Source: a bacterium (GTDB taxonomy: Bacteria > SZUA-182 > DTGQ01 > JAFGSM01). From it: a stretch of DNA of 64,000 bases. Positions 20,496-29,844 of this stretch are shown piece after piece (position 1 is the first letter of the stretch; every line of letters starts with the position of its first letter). A program made the position numbers and the translations under genes. Under the pieces are notes generated by a model. The model made no database searches. It had not been told where the DNA came from and saw only the letters and a list, made by a program, of their open reading frames with translations. The stretch lies in assembly GCA_049472355.1 (NCBI GenBank), contig JBLIRP010000002.1, forward strand, positions 35,252 through 99,251. Direction: 5' to 3'.

Positions 20496-21638
20496 ATGAC
20501 GGAAGCCAAAATAATGCAAAAAGTGATAGTCATTTGTGATTTATCAAATTGCTTAAATTGTGGTAACTGTATTATTGCCTGTGAACGCAGGCATAAAGAT
20601 ATTTCACGACATTCCCGGGTCTTTTCTACAATTATCGGGATCAGTCTATTGCCGAGTCTATGTATGGTATGTAACGATCCTAAATGCATAGAAGCTTGTA
20701 ATCATGATGGAATGACAAGAGATGAACATGGTCACATCGTTGTTACGGATAATTGTATTGGTTGCGGCTTGTGTATGAGAGTTTGTCCGTATAACGCGAT
20801 ACTATTATTCTCAGGGGAAATCAGAAGAAGTTCATTTATGGATAAGCTCATTGATTTAATACGCCCAAACGGAAATAACATTGAGGATAATAATGGGAAA
20901 AAATCCAAGGCCATTGATTTGGAATCCGTAGAAGACATTATTGACCGACATGGAAATGGAGCTGGCTCTTTGCTGAACATCCTCAATGATATTCAAGACC
21001 ATTATGGTTATTTATCCCAGGAGGTATTGAGATATGTTTCAAGAACACGTGAAATACCTCTGACACAGATTTTCCATGTCGTTACGTTTAATCGAGGATT
21101 CAATCTCATTCAAAATCAGCGATGGGAAACCGAGGGATCAAATGGAACAACCTGGCATATAGGCGGCGCCCAAAAGATAACAGAGATGTCAAATTTCGAC
21201 AACGATGGTTTTCACCTGAGGATAAATGACAAGAAATGTGTATCGTGCGGTCTCTGCGTAAAGGCATGTGAAGAAGTAAGCGGAGCTTGTGCATTACGTT
21301 TCTCCAGACAGGTTATTTACGGAGAGGTTAAGAAGCCGTTTTTGGAATTCCCTGAGGCCTGTACCGGCTGCGGTGAGTGCGCCAAGGTATGTCCTACAAA
21401 GGCAATCACCATTGACTATGAAGTTGAAAAAATGCGATCCAAGCAGAAGGTAGTAAAATGTGACGGCTGCGCTGGATACGATGACAGGGCTTGTGTCGTT
21501 AACTGTCCAACTGGGGCACTAAAGGCAATACCGTTGGATGAATATCTTTCTCAACATAAGATATCCTACAATATAGAATTAAGAGATATGCTTAAGCAGT
21601 CACTCAAGGAAAAAGGCGAGGCTATTTCTCCTTTATAA
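20496..21638 (+). CDS. Polyferredoxin with NuoE N-terminal-like insert
   Basis: Six Cys clusters; insert SLLNILNDIQDHYGYLSQEVL...VVTFN. Confidence 0.88.
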   Translation: MTEAKIMQKVIVICDLSNCLNCGNCIIACERRHKDISRHSRVFSTIIGISLLPSLCMVCNDPKCIEACNHDGMTRDEHGHIVVTDNCIGCGLCMRVCPYNAILLFSGEIRRSSFMDKLIDLIRPNGNNIEDNNGKKSKAIDLESVEDIIDRHGNGAGSLLNILNDIQDHYGYLSQEVLRYVSRTREIPLTQIFHVVTFNRGFNLIQNQRWETEGSNGTTWHIGGAQKITEMSNFDNDGFHLRINDKKCVSCGLCVKACEEVSGACALRFSRQVIYGEVKKPFLEFPEACTGCGECAKVCPTKAITIDYEVEKMRSKQKVVKCDGCAGYDDRACVVNCPTGALKAIPLDEYLSQHKISYNIELRDMLKQSLKEKGEAISPL

Positions 21639-21991
21639 CAGCACAATAATGCAGTAAGTAGTCTTTTCTATGACCTATTATCATTGCAATTCGTTACTTT
21701 TTGATATCGCTAACTAGTATGGCTAAAGAATAAAAATAAGGATAAACATCCTCTTTTTATATATGATCGATTCTATTCATTTATATTCATATAAGATCCA
21801 CCTCAAAGTCAGTTTAAAAAATCTATTAGAGAATATCGATTCTCAAATGTAATAGACTGTTTGTACAGAACTTTTTATTTTTTTGATCGTACATTCGTAT
21901 TGGGCAGGTTATAGCTTTTGATGATTGTTTATAGTAATTAAATTCATATAGATAATGAGATAAACAATATGATGGAGTATAAGGTGATATT

Positions 21992-23197
21992 ATGGACAAA
22001 TTAATCGTTATCCTCTTATTTGAGGATGATCCTACTCATGCCGGCTTGATAAGAAAGGTATTGCATTCCTATAACAGATCAATCGTTGTAGAGCAGGCAT
22101 CGACTGCAGATGAATTTTACGACTTATTAAAAAAGGAACCAAAATACGATTTAATCATATGTGACTATGATCTTCCAAGGAATATAGGGTTGAAGATGTT
22201 GAAGAGAACAAGAAGAGAGTTCATGTTTAAAAGGCCTATAATCGCACTGGTCGGTATGCGGTATAAGAAATTTGCAGAAGAATTGATTGCATTCGGGGCT
22301 ACACGCTATCTCATTAAGACAGAAAATTTTCATAATTCTCTTCCATTGATTGTCGAGGATTGTCTAAGGGCAGGTCCTGAAATAATGGAACATGTTATTA
22401 AGAGGCATGACCAGGATTCGTTGATACGATTCAAGATTGATGGACAGGAAGTTGAGGGAGTCAAAGGGGAAACCATACTGGAAGTGGCCCGCAGGTATAG
22501 TATCAAAATACCAACCCTTTGCTATCATCCTTCAGTGAGCACGTATGGGGGGTGCCGGCTTTGCGTCGTTGAGGTGATCAAAAACAAAGGGAAACGACTG
22601 GAACCATCATGTGTATTCCCAATATCGGACGGAATCGAGGTCAAGACGGCAAGTGAAAAGGTGCTTAATACGCGAAGGTTGGTTTTGGAGCTTTTGCTGG
22701 CTCAATGTCCGAATGCAGAGATTTTAAGGAAAATTGGAGAGGTTCTTGGTTTGCAGAGTTCCCGCTTCCCTTTGAATACAGATGGTAATAAATGTATTTT
22801 ATGTGGCTTATGTGTCCGAGTATGCCGGGAGGTCGTCGGATTGGGGGCTATAGGCTTTTCTCAGAGATATCTTCATCGCGAGATAACCCCACCGTTCTGG
22901 GAGCTGTCCGAAGCCTGTTCCGGATGTGGGGAGTGCGCCAAGATATGTCCAACCGGTGCAATCACCTTGGAATACATTGATGAGAAAATACGAAAAAAAC
23001 GCGGTGCTGTAGCGGTTAAGTGTGACGGATGTGCGGGGTATGGTAACAAGGCTTGTGTGATCAACTGTCCAACGGGGGCTCTGGATGTTGTTCCGTTAGA
23101 GGAGTATGTTTCCAAACACAAGATATCTTTTAATGCAGAACTCGAAGAGCTTATGGAGAATTCAACCGAACAGGAACCTGAGGGAAAATATGAATAA
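21992..23197 (+). CDS. Receiver domain fused to NuoG/HoxU-like 2Fe-2S plus 4Fe-4S domains
   Basis: LLFEDD...ICDYDLP...YLIK receiver; IPTLCYH...GGCRLCVVE...PSC; CILCGLCVRVC; CSGCGECAKICP; KCDGC...CPTGAL. Confidence 0.88.
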   Translation: MDKLIVILLFEDDPTHAGLIRKVLHSYNRSIVVEQASTADEFYDLLKKEPKYDLIICDYDLPRNIGLKMLKRTRREFMFKRPIIALVGMRYKKFAEELIAFGATRYLIKTENFHNSLPLIVEDCLRAGPEIMEHVIKRHDQDSLIRFKIDGQEVEGVKGETILEVARRYSIKIPTLCYHPSVSTYGGCRLCVVEVIKNKGKRLEPSCVFPISDGIEVKTASEKVLNTRRLVLELLLAQCPNAEILRKIGEVLGLQSSRFPLNTDGNKCILCGLCVRVCREVVGLGAIGFSQRYLHREITPPFWELSEACSGCGECAKICPTGAITLEYIDEKIRKKRGAVAVKCDGCAGYGNKACVINCPTGALDVVPLEEYVSKHKISFNAELEELMENSTEQEPEGKYE

Positions 23198-24086
23198 GAA
23201 TGCCGAGAATCAGCATACAGTCTTTCGTGTGTTTTGGGTTTTGCTAGTCATTATTATTACCTTTTATTTATACCTGCGATACAAGGCATATTTCGCCACG
23301 CCAAGCCATTTGAGACATTTTAATCCGGTCACACTTGAGCCTAATCAGCTTCATCAAGTACTCAAGCCGTCAGGGAGTTTGGGACATGGTCTCGGTATTG
23401 CGGGGTCGATCTTAATGATTTTATGTGTGATTTTATATATTTTGAGAAAAAAAATTGAAAAGCTGGAGTCCCTGGGACCGCTTTCCTTATGGTTGGAAAT
23501 ACACATCTTTCTCGGCATACTGGGGCCTGTTTTGATCTTCTTTCATTCTGCTCTGAAATTTGGCGGTTTAATAGGTATTGGATTCTGGTTAATGGTAATT
23601 GCCGTCATTTCAGGGGTTCTGGGAAGAACATGTTTTGGAAAGTATTTTGGGCGTTTAACCAGGAGATATGAGCTGTTACATAAAATCGACGTCTTTCTCG
23701 AAAGGGATTTGAAAGAGGCAAGTCAGAATTCTTCCATCATTAAAAGGACCATGGAGTTGAAATCATCAAACTTCCCAAGCAATCTAGGCATAATAGCCGC
23801 TTTGAAGGAATGGGCATATATAAAGAAGGAAAAAAATAATCTGATGGTCTTAATAGAAAAGAAATATGGTAATAAAGGATCAGAAGAGCATGAGACACTT
23901 AAAAAATGGGCTACCGAAGTTATTAGTAGGTTGGATGAAATAAGTGCTGTTTCTGCCTTAAACCTTCATTTATCCATAATAAATAAATGGCTCTTGATCC
24001 ACGAAGTATGTAGTTATTTATTGTTTATTTTCCTTTTTATCCATGTTTTTGTAACTGCATATTGGGGATATACGTGGTTATTATAG
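23190..24086 (+). CDS. Membrane protein with heme-b-type His ligands (ferric-reductase-like TM domain)
   Basis: Several TM helices; GHGLG, YILRK, WLEIHIFLG, FFHS, WLLIH, FIHV; ATG 23190 overlaps the upstream stop. Confidence 0.75.
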   Translation: MNKNAENQHTVFRVFWVLLVIIITFYLYLRYKAYFATPSHLRHFNPVTLEPNQLHQVLKPSGSLGHGLGIAGSILMILCVILYILRKKIEKLESLGPLSLWLEIHIFLGILGPVLIFFHSALKFGGLIGIGFWLMVIAVISGVLGRTCFGKYFGRLTRRYELLHKIDVFLERDLKEASQNSSIIKRTMELKSSNFPSNLGIIAALKEWAYIKKEKNNLMVLIEKKYGNKGSEEHETLKKWATEVISRLDEISAVSALNLHLSIINKWLLIHEVCSYLLFIFLFIHVFVTAYWGYTWLL

Positions 24087-24197
24087 GCCTTTTTTGCTCA
24101 ATGTAGGCCATAAATTGAATACAAAAAGGATGTAATTAAAAATTTGATTCAAAACTAATGCCTTTCATTCATCTAATGTGAGCGAGGTATACCTTAA

Positions 24198-24719
24198 ATG
24201 AAAAAATATTCTTTATCCCTGCTATTATTACTCATAGTTGTTTTTTTTCTCCTTTATGCCTGTTTTCACGTAAAATGGTCAGAGATGCTTTCCCCCGGAG
24301 ACCTTTCCTTGGCACATGCGGATATGGATTTGTCAGAGGACTGCCAGGCGTGCCATACGAAGGGTAAACAGATCGATAACGGAAAATGTCTGGACTGCCA
24401 TGCGGAGATACAAGACAAAATGGATTTAAATCAGGGTCTCCATAGCCAGGCGTCAAGTGAATGTTTAGATTGTCATTCAGAGCATCATGGAAAGGAAACC
24501 AACATTGCTTATTTCGATGAAGATAACTTTGATCATGCCAAGACAGGGTGGTCACTGGAAGGAAGGCACACGTTGTTGAAATGTGAAGCCTGCCATATGA
24601 AAGACTCCTTCTTGCTTGACAAGGCAGATTGCATTCATTGTCATAAGGATTTTCACGAAGGCGAGTATGGCACTGATTGTGCTGAATGCCACGATCAGGA
24701 TTCATTCAGAATGGAATAG
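24198..24719 (+). CDS. Hexaheme c-type cytochrome
   Basis: Six CxxCH motifs (CQACH, CLDCH x2, CEACH, CIHCH, CAECH); SPG.LS.AH; N-terminal signal/anchor. Confidence 0.93.
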   Translation: MKKYSLSLLLLLIVVFFLLYACFHVKWSEMLSPGDLSLAHADMDLSEDCQACHTKGKQIDNGKCLDCHAEIQDKMDLNQGLHSQASSECLDCHSEHHGKETNIAYFDEDNFDHAKTGWSLEGRHTLLKCEACHMKDSFLLDKADCIHCHKDFHEGEYGTDCAECHDQDSFRME

Positions 24720-24739
24720 AATGAAGGTCTTACTCCCCC

Positions 24740-24934
24740 TTATTGATCAGGCTGCTGATAGCCCTCATCCTCTTCGAAATTTATCAATTCCTTTTTATAC
24801 TGTAACTCCTTTTCAATAACATAATTTTTCAAGGCCTCTATGATCACATCCTTTATTGGTATAGCATCCTTCTCTGCAATAAGCTTAAGCTGTTTATAAA
24901 TATTGTCATCAAGATTATTGATTTGAATCTTCAT
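24740..24934 (-). CDS. Small ribbon-helix-helix-like protein
   Basis: MKIQINNLDDNIYKQLK..AEK....I...IIEAL; SD GAGG. Confidence 0.65.
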   Translation of the reverse strand: MKIQINNLDDNIYKQLKLIAEKDAIPIKDVIIEALKNYVIEKELQYKKELINFEEDEGYQQPDQ

Positions 24935-25505
24935 AGTGATACCCTCACATTTGATGTTTTTGGCGTGACGTATTTATTATTTCTAATCATCACAGGAATG
25001 TCCTCATCGAATCCGGCACCAACATAAAAAAACTTCGGTCTTTCTTTGAAAAGCAAATCAACATATATTTCAATTCACTACTGTCCGGTTAAAAATAAAG
25101 CAATTTGCCCAAGGACGCTAATATCAAGGGTTTTGAGATGTTTGACATTTTATCGATTTCAAATTGTTTTAACATTTCGCTATCAATAAAATCAATCTGT
25201 TACGATCTTAAAAATTGCATTTTTGAGAACAACCGGACAGTAGTGATTTCAATTAATTATTTAAAGCATTGCATATCAATCGGTACTTAGTATACATGTA
25301 ATGTTTCAGACAAATCAAGTCCGAAAAAAACAATCCGAAAAAAACAATGGCGTATATTTCAGCATTACGGGAAGGGCCGGAGGGCTCTTTGGCCCTTGCT
25401 GAGGATGTAGAAGGACCAGTAGATAAACCGAATGAAGCTCAGACCTAGTTCTCCAGGCCTTTGTTTATAAGAAGGAATGCGATCTTACGGGGCCTAAGAC
25501 GCGAG

Positions 25506-27221
25506 TTATTCAGCCAATATCCGCGAAATTCTTCGATTGATGTAGTTGACCTTTTTCTTTAATCTATATTTTGTATGGATTCTGGATTCAAGCGTTCTCG
25601 CGGACTTTGTTATGACACGCACCCTGCGTGCCAAGCCTTTTGGTATCTCTTTGAATAAATTTAACATGCAAAGCAAAAGACAAAACAGCCACGGTTTATT
25701 TAATTTAGTCGCTATGTAACTCGCGCCCTTCTCCCTTCTTTTAAGAGCCAAGTCCAATGTTCTCCCCGCTAAACTGGAGGTAAACCATTCATCCGCATTG
25801 ATCATTTTCAATAATGTCTGAAAGGCGGCTATCTCTTCTTTTATCCGCTTCTTGATTTCCTCCGGTGGCTCGTTTGTTGGTTCTTGGGTAAGTAATATTT
25901 GCAGGTACTTGATAAGAAATCGGACCCTTTGCATGACTTCGTATTTTTCTCTGTTTGATAGTTCTCCTTCCAGTTTTTCGGCCAAATTTAGACGAAGTTC
26001 CTCTATCAAATCCAGCTCGTAGGCACTTGAAAACTTGAATCTTTCTCCAAACAGGGAAGGGATCCCAACAAAAATATCGGCAACCTCCTGCAATCGGTAT
26101 ATTTGGAGCAACTTATTGAAATTCTCCCAACACGGGAGCATGTTTGGTGTTTCTTTCGGAACGTTCGCATTGTTCCAAACCGTACTGCATGGATATAGTT
26201 TTAAGAATTGATCTATATCCACATGGTCGACATCGAGATTATATTCCTGGGTTACCCTTGGGAAGCAGGACTTGGTCAGATTCAAGAATTCCTCCCAGTT
26301 CGGGTATTTGTTCAGAAAACGGTCCAGCACGACTCCGGCTATAAGGATCATATGAAATTTAATTGTACCGAGCTCCATTTTGATATCTGCATGAATATCA
26401 CCAAGGCCGTCGGTAATCATAATGATCTCGGCCTGTCTCATATCGGGATCGTTTTTTATGTCTTTGATGGCCGTTAGTATAGCCTCATTTATTTTTGTTT
26501 CATAACACTCGACCGTATGCAGGTTAATCAGATATCTTATGAGTTCCTTTATTTGTCCGGATTTCGTAATCTGCTGCAACTGGCCCATCTCCTGATTAAA
26601 AAAACGAAAGTATATCTGAGGGCTCTCCTTCCGGACTCTTCGAAGATATTCAATACAGATTGCCTTGGCAGCATAGAGCTTGTTCAGTTGGTCACCTTCC
26701 ATGGAGCATGAATTATCAAATAGGATATAGACCTTTTGTCTCTTGTTTAATTCCTTGTCCTTTCCATAAACCAGATCAGAAACAGATAAGCCTTCGGGAT
26801 CGATGAATTTTTTCCTGTATAACTCATGATTGATGAGTTTTTTGTAAAAAAGATCCTCTGTATTGATCAAAAATTCTCTGGGCAGGATATGCAATATTTG
26901 GCTTGTTGAAGTCACTTTTCCAATATCGACATTATCAGCCAATTCTGAATCTATAATCATATCATTTCTATCGATTTCCTCCTTCACTTTGTTGTCTTCG
27001 AAGATCCTATTTCTCTCGAGAATGGGCGCCATTCTCCCCTTGATTGGATACGCGGTATCCATTGAAAAAAGGCACCGTGCAATAAAAAATATCTTTATCC
27101 ATTCCTTTGGTAGACCATCACTAACATTCCGGATATCATCCGGAAAACAATCCGGTATGTTCAAAATATCTAAATAACACTCCGGCTCTATAAAGAACCA
27201 ATGGTTAAGGAATTCATTCAT
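25506..27221 (-). CDS. VWA-domain protein (ViaA/CoxE-like)
   Basis: MIDAS ILFDNSCSM, IIMITDG; downstream of a MoxR-type ATPase. Confidence 0.85.
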   Translation of the reverse strand: MNEFLNHWFFIEPECYLDILNIPDCFPDDIRNVSDGLPKEWIKIFFIARCLFSMDTAYPIKGRMAPILERNRIFEDNKVKEEIDRNDMIIDSELADNVDIGKVTSTSQILHILPREFLINTEDLFYKKLINHELYRKKFIDPEGLSVSDLVYGKDKELNKRQKVYILFDNSCSMEGDQLNKLYAAKAICIEYLRRVRKESPQIYFRFFNQEMGQLQQITKSGQIKELIRYLINLHTVECYETKINEAILTAIKDIKNDPDMRQAEIIMITDGLGDIHADIKMELGTIKFHMILIAGVVLDRFLNKYPNWEEFLNLTKSCFPRVTQEYNLDVDHVDIDQFLKLYPCSTVWNNANVPKETPNMLPCWENFNKLLQIYRLQEVADIFVGIPSLFGERFKFSSAYELDLIEELRLNLAEKLEGELSNREKYEVMQRVRFLIKYLQILLTQEPTNEPPEEIKKRIKEEIAAFQTLLKMINADEWFTSSLAGRTLDLALKRREKGASYIATKLNKPWLFCLLLCMLNLFKEIPKGLARRVRVITKSARTLESRIHTKYRLKKKVNYINRRISRILAE

Positions 27222-27240
27222 GGATCAAAGGCCTCAGTTT

Positions 27241-28737
27241 TTATTTGGACTGCCTAAAATGAACATCATTGAATCTTTTGACATCGTGTTCAAACCCCTC
27301 GATCAGTTCCAATGTCTCCTTCTTTATAGCCATCTCTTTGAGCAAAGAACAGCTTTCTTCGAAAATCTCAAGCAAATGAATTAATCTTGATTTGCTCGGT
27401 CGGAACCCGATCTTATTTACAAAAGTCATCAATCTGTTTTTAATACTTGCCTCTACAAAGGAACGTTCAATTTCGTCTATGATCAACCCGAAATTCTGAT
27501 GTTCTACCAATGCACCCGGATCCTTGGCGGATTTTATTGTTCGAAAAATACTCATAATATTAAATAATCGATTTAGAAGCTGCTTATCGTCGAAAAAATA
27601 TTTCTTCGTTGCATCAATGATCCCCTTTAAACGCCTTTTTTCTTCTTCCTTTCCCACGATACAGATCAAATAATACAGGTTATTGAGGTCTCTTTCCTCC
27701 ACTACTGCACGTCCGTCAAGAATTGCAGATGCCCTCAGCAGATTCTGTGTCTTTGCCGCCGTTCTGTCGCTGATCATGAAATTATAGCCGCCCTCAATCC
27801 TCTTTGACTCTTCCGTATATTTACGAATTATATAATTCTTCAGGAAAAGGATATACTCCGGAATCTTTATGGACTGTGTTTTGATCAACAGTTTAATATG
27901 ATTAAGTCTTTCCAAATCCAGTGTAACATCTGATTGTCTTATTTTACCTACATTTTTTCTATAAACCTGGTCTATTGACAATTTGTAGTATAGGTTTTTG
28001 TTTTCCATGATATAGCACTTGTATAAAAACCGATCCAGGACAGCCTCCAGCATTTCGGTCGCTCGAATATAATTTGAAGCGGCAATAACAGTATTGAGAG
28101 GAGAATCAACTATCTGTTCACCATTTACCAGTCTTTTCTCATTCAGCAGGGTAAGAAGGGACCTCAACAACATATCGTTAGCATCAAAGATTTCATCAAG
28201 AAAAGCAAAATCAGAGGCAACAATCGAACCCTTAATATTGTGTATCAACTTCCCTCTTTTGAGATCATCCATGTTATAGGCACCAAACATATTATCCGGC
28301 ATCGTATCTTTGGTAAGTTGCTTCTGAAATAATTTTATATCTTCGAAGGATGAAAAGATTTGTCGTGCGAGAAGGCTTTTCGCCATTCCAGTTCTTCCCA
28401 AAATTAACTGGTGCTCACCGGTCAAAATGGCATAAAAACTCTGGCGAACGATCTCTTCTCTATCCACTATGTTTTCGCAAACGAAATTGATAATATGGTT
28501 TATCTCTCCGGTTGTTTCAAACGCAATTTGGTAGTCCGGATGGTCTATTTCGAGTATCTTATTCAAGTCCAAATCAAGACCTGTTTTTACCTTCTCCTGC
28601 TCAAGGCCCGTCATGTCATTGACTGAAGGATACTTTTGAAGCCTATCCTCCTCTTCATTCGCTTCCGTTTCTTCCGCACGGCCAATGTCTTTATAAAGAT
28701 AATCTGAATCTATGCTCATAGTCTTTTCCTTTCCCAA
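27241..28737 (-). CDS. MoxR/RavA-family AAA+ ATPase
   Basis: GEH.LILGRTGMAKS, AFLDEIF, LLTLLNE, ASN, AVLDRF. Confidence 0.92.
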   Translation of the reverse strand: MGKEKTMSIDSDYLYKDIGRAEETEANEEEDRLQKYPSVNDMTGLEQEKVKTGLDLDLNKILEIDHPDYQIAFETTGEINHIINFVCENIVDREEIVRQSFYAILTGEHQLILGRTGMAKSLLARQIFSSFEDIKLFQKQLTKDTMPDNMFGAYNMDDLKRGKLIHNIKGSIVASDFAFLDEIFDANDMLLRSLLTLLNEKRLVNGEQIVDSPLNTVIAASNYIRATEMLEAVLDRFLYKCYIMENKNLYYKLSIDQVYRKNVGKIRQSDVTLDLERLNHIKLLIKTQSIKIPEYILFLKNYIIRKYTEESKRIEGGYNFMISDRTAAKTQNLLRASAILDGRAVVEERDLNNLYYLICIVGKEEEKRRLKGIIDATKKYFFDDKQLLNRLFNIMSIFRTIKSAKDPGALVEHQNFGLIIDEIERSFVEASIKNRLMTFVNKIGFRPSKSRLIHLLEIFEESCSLLKEMAIKKETLELIEGFEHDVKRFNDVHFRQSK

Positions 28738-28826
28738 AACTTTAAATCGATCATGTACAATCTCCGCAACTTTTCACTCATATTTTTCTGAACCACAGTC
28801 CGACAGCAACTTATTGGAGAAGCTAT

Positions 28827-29219
28827 CTATAATTTCCCTTGCAATTCATAGGCAAACCTGTGGGCACTTTGACGCGTCTTTTCCCAATCTTTCTTGATTA
28901 TGCCTCCCTGAAAATCCTGATAAAATTTGTGATCAGTGCACCCCAGACTACAGCAATCCGATGCATGAGAATTCACCGCCAGAGGACAGTCCTTTGAACA
29001 TTCATAAAAATCACATAACGGACAGAAATTTGTTATACGCTCATCCATTTTCAGAGACCTAAAGGCCTCTCTTTTTACCATCTCTATGAGCGTAGAATTA
29101 AGAGTAAACTTTTTATTCAAATTATCAAACACTTCGTTCGATAATAAAGAAATCGCGTGCCAAATCTTGATTGAATCTGATATCGCCTGCCGTGAATCGT
29201 TATAATACATATTGATCAA
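28827..29219 (-). CDS. Small Cys-rich hypothetical protein
   Basis: CPLC...C...CPL...CC...C; first ORF after the sigma54 promoter; ATG alternative at 29210. Confidence 0.65.
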   Translation of the reverse strand: MINMYYNDSRQAISDSIKIWHAISLLSNEVFDNLNKKFTLNSTLIEMVKREAFRSLKMDERITNFCPLCDFYECSKDCPLAVNSHASDCCSLGCTDHKFYQDFQGGIIKKDWEKTRQSAHRFAYELQGKL

Positions 29220-29377
29220 TTTTAATTTTTCGGTTACAATAAAAACCAGCTATTCTTAACAAAATCTATTATTGATGACCTTCACAAAAAAAATATCGGG
29301 CCGTAAAGCGGCAAGATATGGTACGCTGTAGTTTAGTTAGTTATTTTTTTCTAATATACGTATATCCTTAATAATCA

Positions 29378-29393
29378 TGCAACAATTGTACCC
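29378..29393 (-). promoter_or_regulatory. Sigma54 promoter
   Basis: Minus strand GGGTAC-AATTG-TTGCA (GG-N10-GC). Confidence 0.65.
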
Positions 29394-29473
29394 TTAATAA
29401 TCTATCCACATAGTCTATTTGTATTTTAAATACAATATAATAGCAGTTTTTGTTTGGTCTCGATCGCATCAAG

Positions 29474-29522
29474 GTTGCGATTTAGCGACTTTGAGGAAAA
29501 TTTATGGTCGCAACATTGCGAC
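29474..29522. promoter_or_regulatory. Tandem enhancer sites for the leftward sigma54 promoter
   Basis: GTTGCG-ATTT-AGCGAC (29474-29489) and GTCGCA-ACAT-TGCGAC (29507-29522), 33 bp apart. Confidence 0.62.
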
Positions 29523-29844
29523 GACTATTTATTTTCACTGTCCTTGGAGCTATAGGCGATTTTTTTGTAATGTTCTTATTGATTAATCTCTGTATATGAC
29601 TTCCAATGCCTTGTTTATTAAGAATAAACTTCTCGTTAAGATCCCCTGTTTGCTCAAGCGATTTCTTACGATTCTCTGATCCATCTCCTCACAAGCCTGT
29701 ACTGCTGATTGATATTCTTTATGGCTGCCCGTTTTCCGGGATTTCTACTCATGGGAAGACACGTATTGAAATTTCAGGAGTGTTATCTATTAATGGCAGG
29801 CTTTAGCACTGGAACCGATTCCGTCCGGCAATAGACGGTGACCA

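Noticed and set aside
20496..23197. [FeFe]-hydrogenase, formate dehydrogenase or complex I operon
   Set aside because: Only electron-transfer domains are present; no catalytic domains
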